Below are positions 62,273 to 64,000 of a stretch of DNA of 64,000 nucleotides, piece by piece. The position numbers and the translations under genes were made by a program. Each line of letters begins with the position of its first letter. Position 1 is the first letter of the stretch. This DNA is from Minutocellus sp. GHC0000111. Taxonomy: Eukaryota. The stretch lies in the NCBI GenBank assembly GCA_977018835.1, contig OZ361260.1, positions 2,294,001-2,358,000 on the forward strand, written 5' to 3'. Under the pieces are notes generated by a model. It was given only the letters and a program-made list of their open reading frames with translations, was not told the origin of the DNA and did no database searches.

Positions 62273-64000
62273 ATGACCATTGCCGACGAGTTTGGCCTCA
62301 CCGATTCCAGCAGCGAGAGCGGCGAGCAGCAGCAGCAGCTACCAAATGGCGGCGGCCGTCCCGGCATGTCCACTGGTCGTCCCTCCGCCAGGGAAATCTA
62401 CGAGGCAGGACTCAATCGGCAGAGTCACCGCAACGTCAACGCCGGTAACAATACCAATGTGCGTCGCGACCCATCGCAGCGCGGAGGTGGACCGTCCCGG
62501 GCGGCGTCGCAGCGGGCTCGGTCGACTTCCAATCCTCGAGGTGGCGGCCGAGGAGGACAGCAACAGATGCAGCGAGGCCCGTCGAGCCGCCGCCCTGGTC
62601 CTGGTCCTGCTCGAGGCGGCGCCTCCATGAGACAGCAGCAGAATGGCGCCGGATCGAGCCGGCGCGCTGGTATGGGCAGCAACGTGGAAGGTCATCCGTC
62701 GGCCAGGAGGGGTACCTCGTACCGTGGAAGCGGCGGTGCAGCTGATCTCGAGGCCGGATTTCACAACGAAGGCAATACTAGTATGGTGAACCGCGTCCCC
62801 AATTCTGCCGCCATGCGCAAGAGCATGTCGCGCCGCTCCTCTATGGATCGGGCTGACGATCCTTTTGCAGAGCGAGAGGGTAAGACCCTGACGTGGCGCA
62901 ATATCAACATGACTTTGGAGGCGGGACGGAACGAGGAGAAGAATCCCGCCAAGCAGCTCCTCACCGACGTGTGGGGGGAGGTACCCCAGAAGGAAATCAC
63001 TGCCATCATGGGCCCAAGTGGAGCGGGCAAGACTTCGTTGCTCAACATATTGGCCGGCAGAGCTCGCAGCCGGGGACGGTTGACCATTTCGTCCGATGTT
63101 CGTCTCAACAACTTTGAGGTCGACCCCACCAAGCTGTCGGTGCGGAAGCAGATCGCCTTCGTCGCGCAGGACGACAGCCTTCAGGTCACCTCGACGCCAA
63201 GGGAGGCCATCCGCTTCTCGGCCAAGCTGCGGTTGCCCCGGTCGACGACCGATCGCGATTTGGACCGGCTCACCCGCCGGATGATCCAGGAGCTCGGTTT
63301 GGAGCACTGCGCCGATACCATGGTGGGAGGAGCCCTCATCAAGGGCATCTCTGGCGGCGAGCGGAAACGCACGTCCGTCGGTGTGGAGCTGGTTACCAAG
63401 CCGGCTTTGGTCTTTCTTGATGGTGAGTGAAATACGAATACTAGTACATTTGGTATGATATTTATTTCTTTGTTGACCACGCTTGCACTCACCACCATTT
63501 CTTTGACATATATTTCTTCTCTGATACAGAACCAACATCTGGCCTGGATTCATTCAGCGCCATACAGCTTGTCAAGTCCCTCAAGAAGGTGGCCAATGCA
63601 GGCTCGTCTGTATTGTTCACCATCCATCAACCGGCATCCGAAATCTTCAATTCGTTCGACCATCTCATCCTGCTGAACAAGGGCAGGGTTATGTACGAGG
63701 GTGAAGTGCGCGATGTGCCTACCTTCTTCGCCGATCGCGGTCAGCCAGTGCCCCGTCTCTACAACCCATCCGATTGGATCATGTCGGTGGCCCAGCGAGT
63801 GCCGGTGGAAGAGTTGGACGCGGCGGGATTCTTTCCGCAGGACAACCGAAAGATGATTGAGGCGTTCCACGTAGAGGAGGGAGACAGGGGACACGATTCT
63901 TTGGGGATAACCCGCCGAGAATCCAAGATTGCCGAGACCGATTCTCGTCCTGTTTCCATGCTTACCGAAATTGGAATGTTGTTTTCGAGAGAAATCAAAA
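62273..64000 (+). CDS. ABCG-family transporter (runs off window end)
   Basis: MGPSGAGKT, ISGGERKRTS, FLD|EPTSGLD across intron 63423-63529, TIHQP, YNPSDW. Confidence 0.96.

Noticed and set aside
62339..63553. 404-aa minus-strand ORF
   Set aside because: Antisense shadow of the ABCG gene.

Overview
Gene-dense eukaryotic DNA, most likely from a diatom or another photosynthetic stramenopile. This is inferred from short GT-AG introns, bipartite signal + 'AF' plastid-targeting peptides, and typical diatom gene families. About 27 protein-coding loci are recognisable; no rRNA, tRNA or CRISPR was seen. Highlights: (1) a calcium-dependent protein kinase gene is split by an ~8.5 kb composite insertion. 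The insertion holds a TIR-bounded mariner-type element (DD38D transposase with an HMG-like box), a Transib/Chapaev/RAG1-like transposase remnant, and an intact AlkB-like 2OG-Fe(II) dioxygenase fused to many zinc fingers. (2) A >2600-codon membrane-anchored protein joins a CAP59-like glycosyltransferase, about 6-7 bulb-type lectin domains, a protein kinase and a GH71/99-like hydrolase. (3) A tandem-Tudor protein is fused to a bacterial-like domain that may be associated with nucleotide modification. (4) An intronless RPT5 copy lies 20 kb from the intron-containing RPT5. (5) Many non-essential genes carry frameshifts or stops while core genes (ispG, der/engA, RPT5, FBA) are intact. All family calls come from motif reading, not database searches. 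There is a 200-N gap at 61730-61929.
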